Both the position numbers and the translations under genes were made by a program. Source: Candidatus Binatia bacterium (lineage in GTDB: Bacteria > Desulfobacterota > Binatia > HRBIN30). From it: 64,000 nucleotides of DNA. The notes below the pieces were generated by a model. It ran no database searches. It worked only from the letters and a program-made list of their open reading frames with translations, and was not told the origin of the DNA. The DNA lies in assembly GCA_038245295.1 (NCBI GenBank), contig JBBRSP010000001.1:160001-224000 (forward strand), written 5' to 3'. This document shows positions 63,072 to 64,000 of the stretch, piece after piece; positions within the stretch are counted from its first letter, which is position 1; every line of letters starts with the position of its first letter.

Positions 63072-64000
63072 GGCAGCGTCCTCAGACGAGTGTTGGCGAG
63101 CAGAAGGTCGGCGAAGACGAGCAGCAACGCCGGCACGATGAGCCAGGGGAAGACCTCGTAGTAGTCGAGGTAGCGTGGGGCACTGAACTCGGTGCGTTCC
63201 ATCTTGTCGATCTCGGCCCAGATGTCTTGCAAACTCGCGGTGTCGGTGGCGCGGAAGTAGCGACCGCCGGTCTTGCTCGCGATGTCTTTGAGCGTGGTTT
63301 CGTCGATGTCGACGGCCATGGGCTGGTACACCTTGTTGCCGAACATGTCGCGCCCCGGAAACGGCGCCATGCCCTTGGTGCCGGCGCCGATGGTATACAC
63401 CTTGATCCCGAGCGACTTAGCGGCGTCGGCGGCGGTAGCCGGCGTGATGCGGCCGGCGTTGCTCTGGCCGTCGGTGAGCAGAATCACCACCTTGCTCTTG
63501 GCGGTGGAATGTTCGAGGCGGGCCGCGGCCGTAGCCAGGGCCGAACCAACCGCCGTGCCGTCCTCGATCATGCCGATCTGCGCGCGATCAAGGTTCTGTA
63601 GGAGCCACCCATGGTCCAGGGTCAGCGGACACTGGGTGTAGGGTCGGCCGGCGAACAGGACGAGGCCGAAGCGGTCGGCGGGGCGGCCGGCGATGAAATC
63701 CTTAACGACTGTCTTCACGACGTCGAGGCGGCTGGCCCGCCCGCCGTTCGGTAGAGTGAAATCCTCGGCGAGCATCGAGCCGGAGATATCGACCGCCAGG
63801 ACCAGATCGATGCCCTCGCCGCGAAACTCGCTCTCCGCCTTACCGAACTGTGGTCGTGCCAGGGCGACGATGACCAGTCCGACGGCGACGACGCGGGTGG
63901 CGAACGGAACCCAGTGCCAACGACGTAGACCGGCGGGGACGCGACGGATCACGTCGAGTGTCGGGAAACGCAGGGTGGCGCTACGCGAGCGCCGTCCGCG
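63068..64000 (-). CDS. BatA-like VWA protein (5' end beyond the window)
   Basis: LARPQ, DISGSM MIDAS, GTAVG, LLTDG, YFRATD motifs. Confidence 0.9.
   Translation of the reverse strand, partial: RGRRSRSATLRFPTLDVIRRVPAGLRRWHWVPFATRVVAVGLVIVALARPQFGKAESEFRGEGIDLVLAVDISGSMLAEDFTLPNGGRASRLDVVKTVVKDFIAGRPADRFGLVLFAGRPYTQCPLTLDHGWLLQNLDRAQIGMIEDGTAVGSALATAAARLEHSTAKSKVVILLTDGQSNAGRITPATAADAAKSLGIKVYTIGAGTKGMAPFPGRDMFGNKVYQPMAVDIDETTLKDIASKTGGRYFRATDTASLQDIWAEIDKMERTEFSAPRYLDYYEVFPWLIVPALLLVFADLLLANTRLRTLP

Overview
GC-rich bacterial chromosomal window. The gene content and the xerC-hslVU-argBDFG synteny suggest a deltaproteobacteria-like or Binatia-like organism; this is an inference. No prophage, intact IS, CRISPR, rRNA or tRNA was recognised. 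Left part: aroC; two tandem secreted Thr/Pro-linker proteins sharing an unnamed Cys-containing domain (3 copies); SDR and cytochrome P450; an SGNH hydrolase/Lnt/paired Pro-rich protein cluster; TetR; a histidine-kinase relic; a CsbD/YqjDEK/YtxH-like stress cluster; and a pepA-cytochrome c-queD-pyrD-leuD-like operon. Middle part: a ~450-nt structured non-coding region with a 19-nt complement of the 16S rRNA 3' end and a perfect 21-bp palindrome; an atypical MDR oxidoreductase; a TolC-MFP system with two CzcA-type pumps; sigma54-driven glnK-amtB; and a CPA2 antiporter. Right part: several oxidoreductases and hypothetical proteins; an msrA pseudogene; xerC-hslV-hslU-argB-argD-argF-argG-ychF; riboflavin synthase; and a batABC(DE) operon running off the right end. 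Several REP-like intergenic palindromes are present. The most unusual elements are the anti-16S structured RNA candidate (21590-22103) and the Lnt/SGNH cluster (8880-14023).
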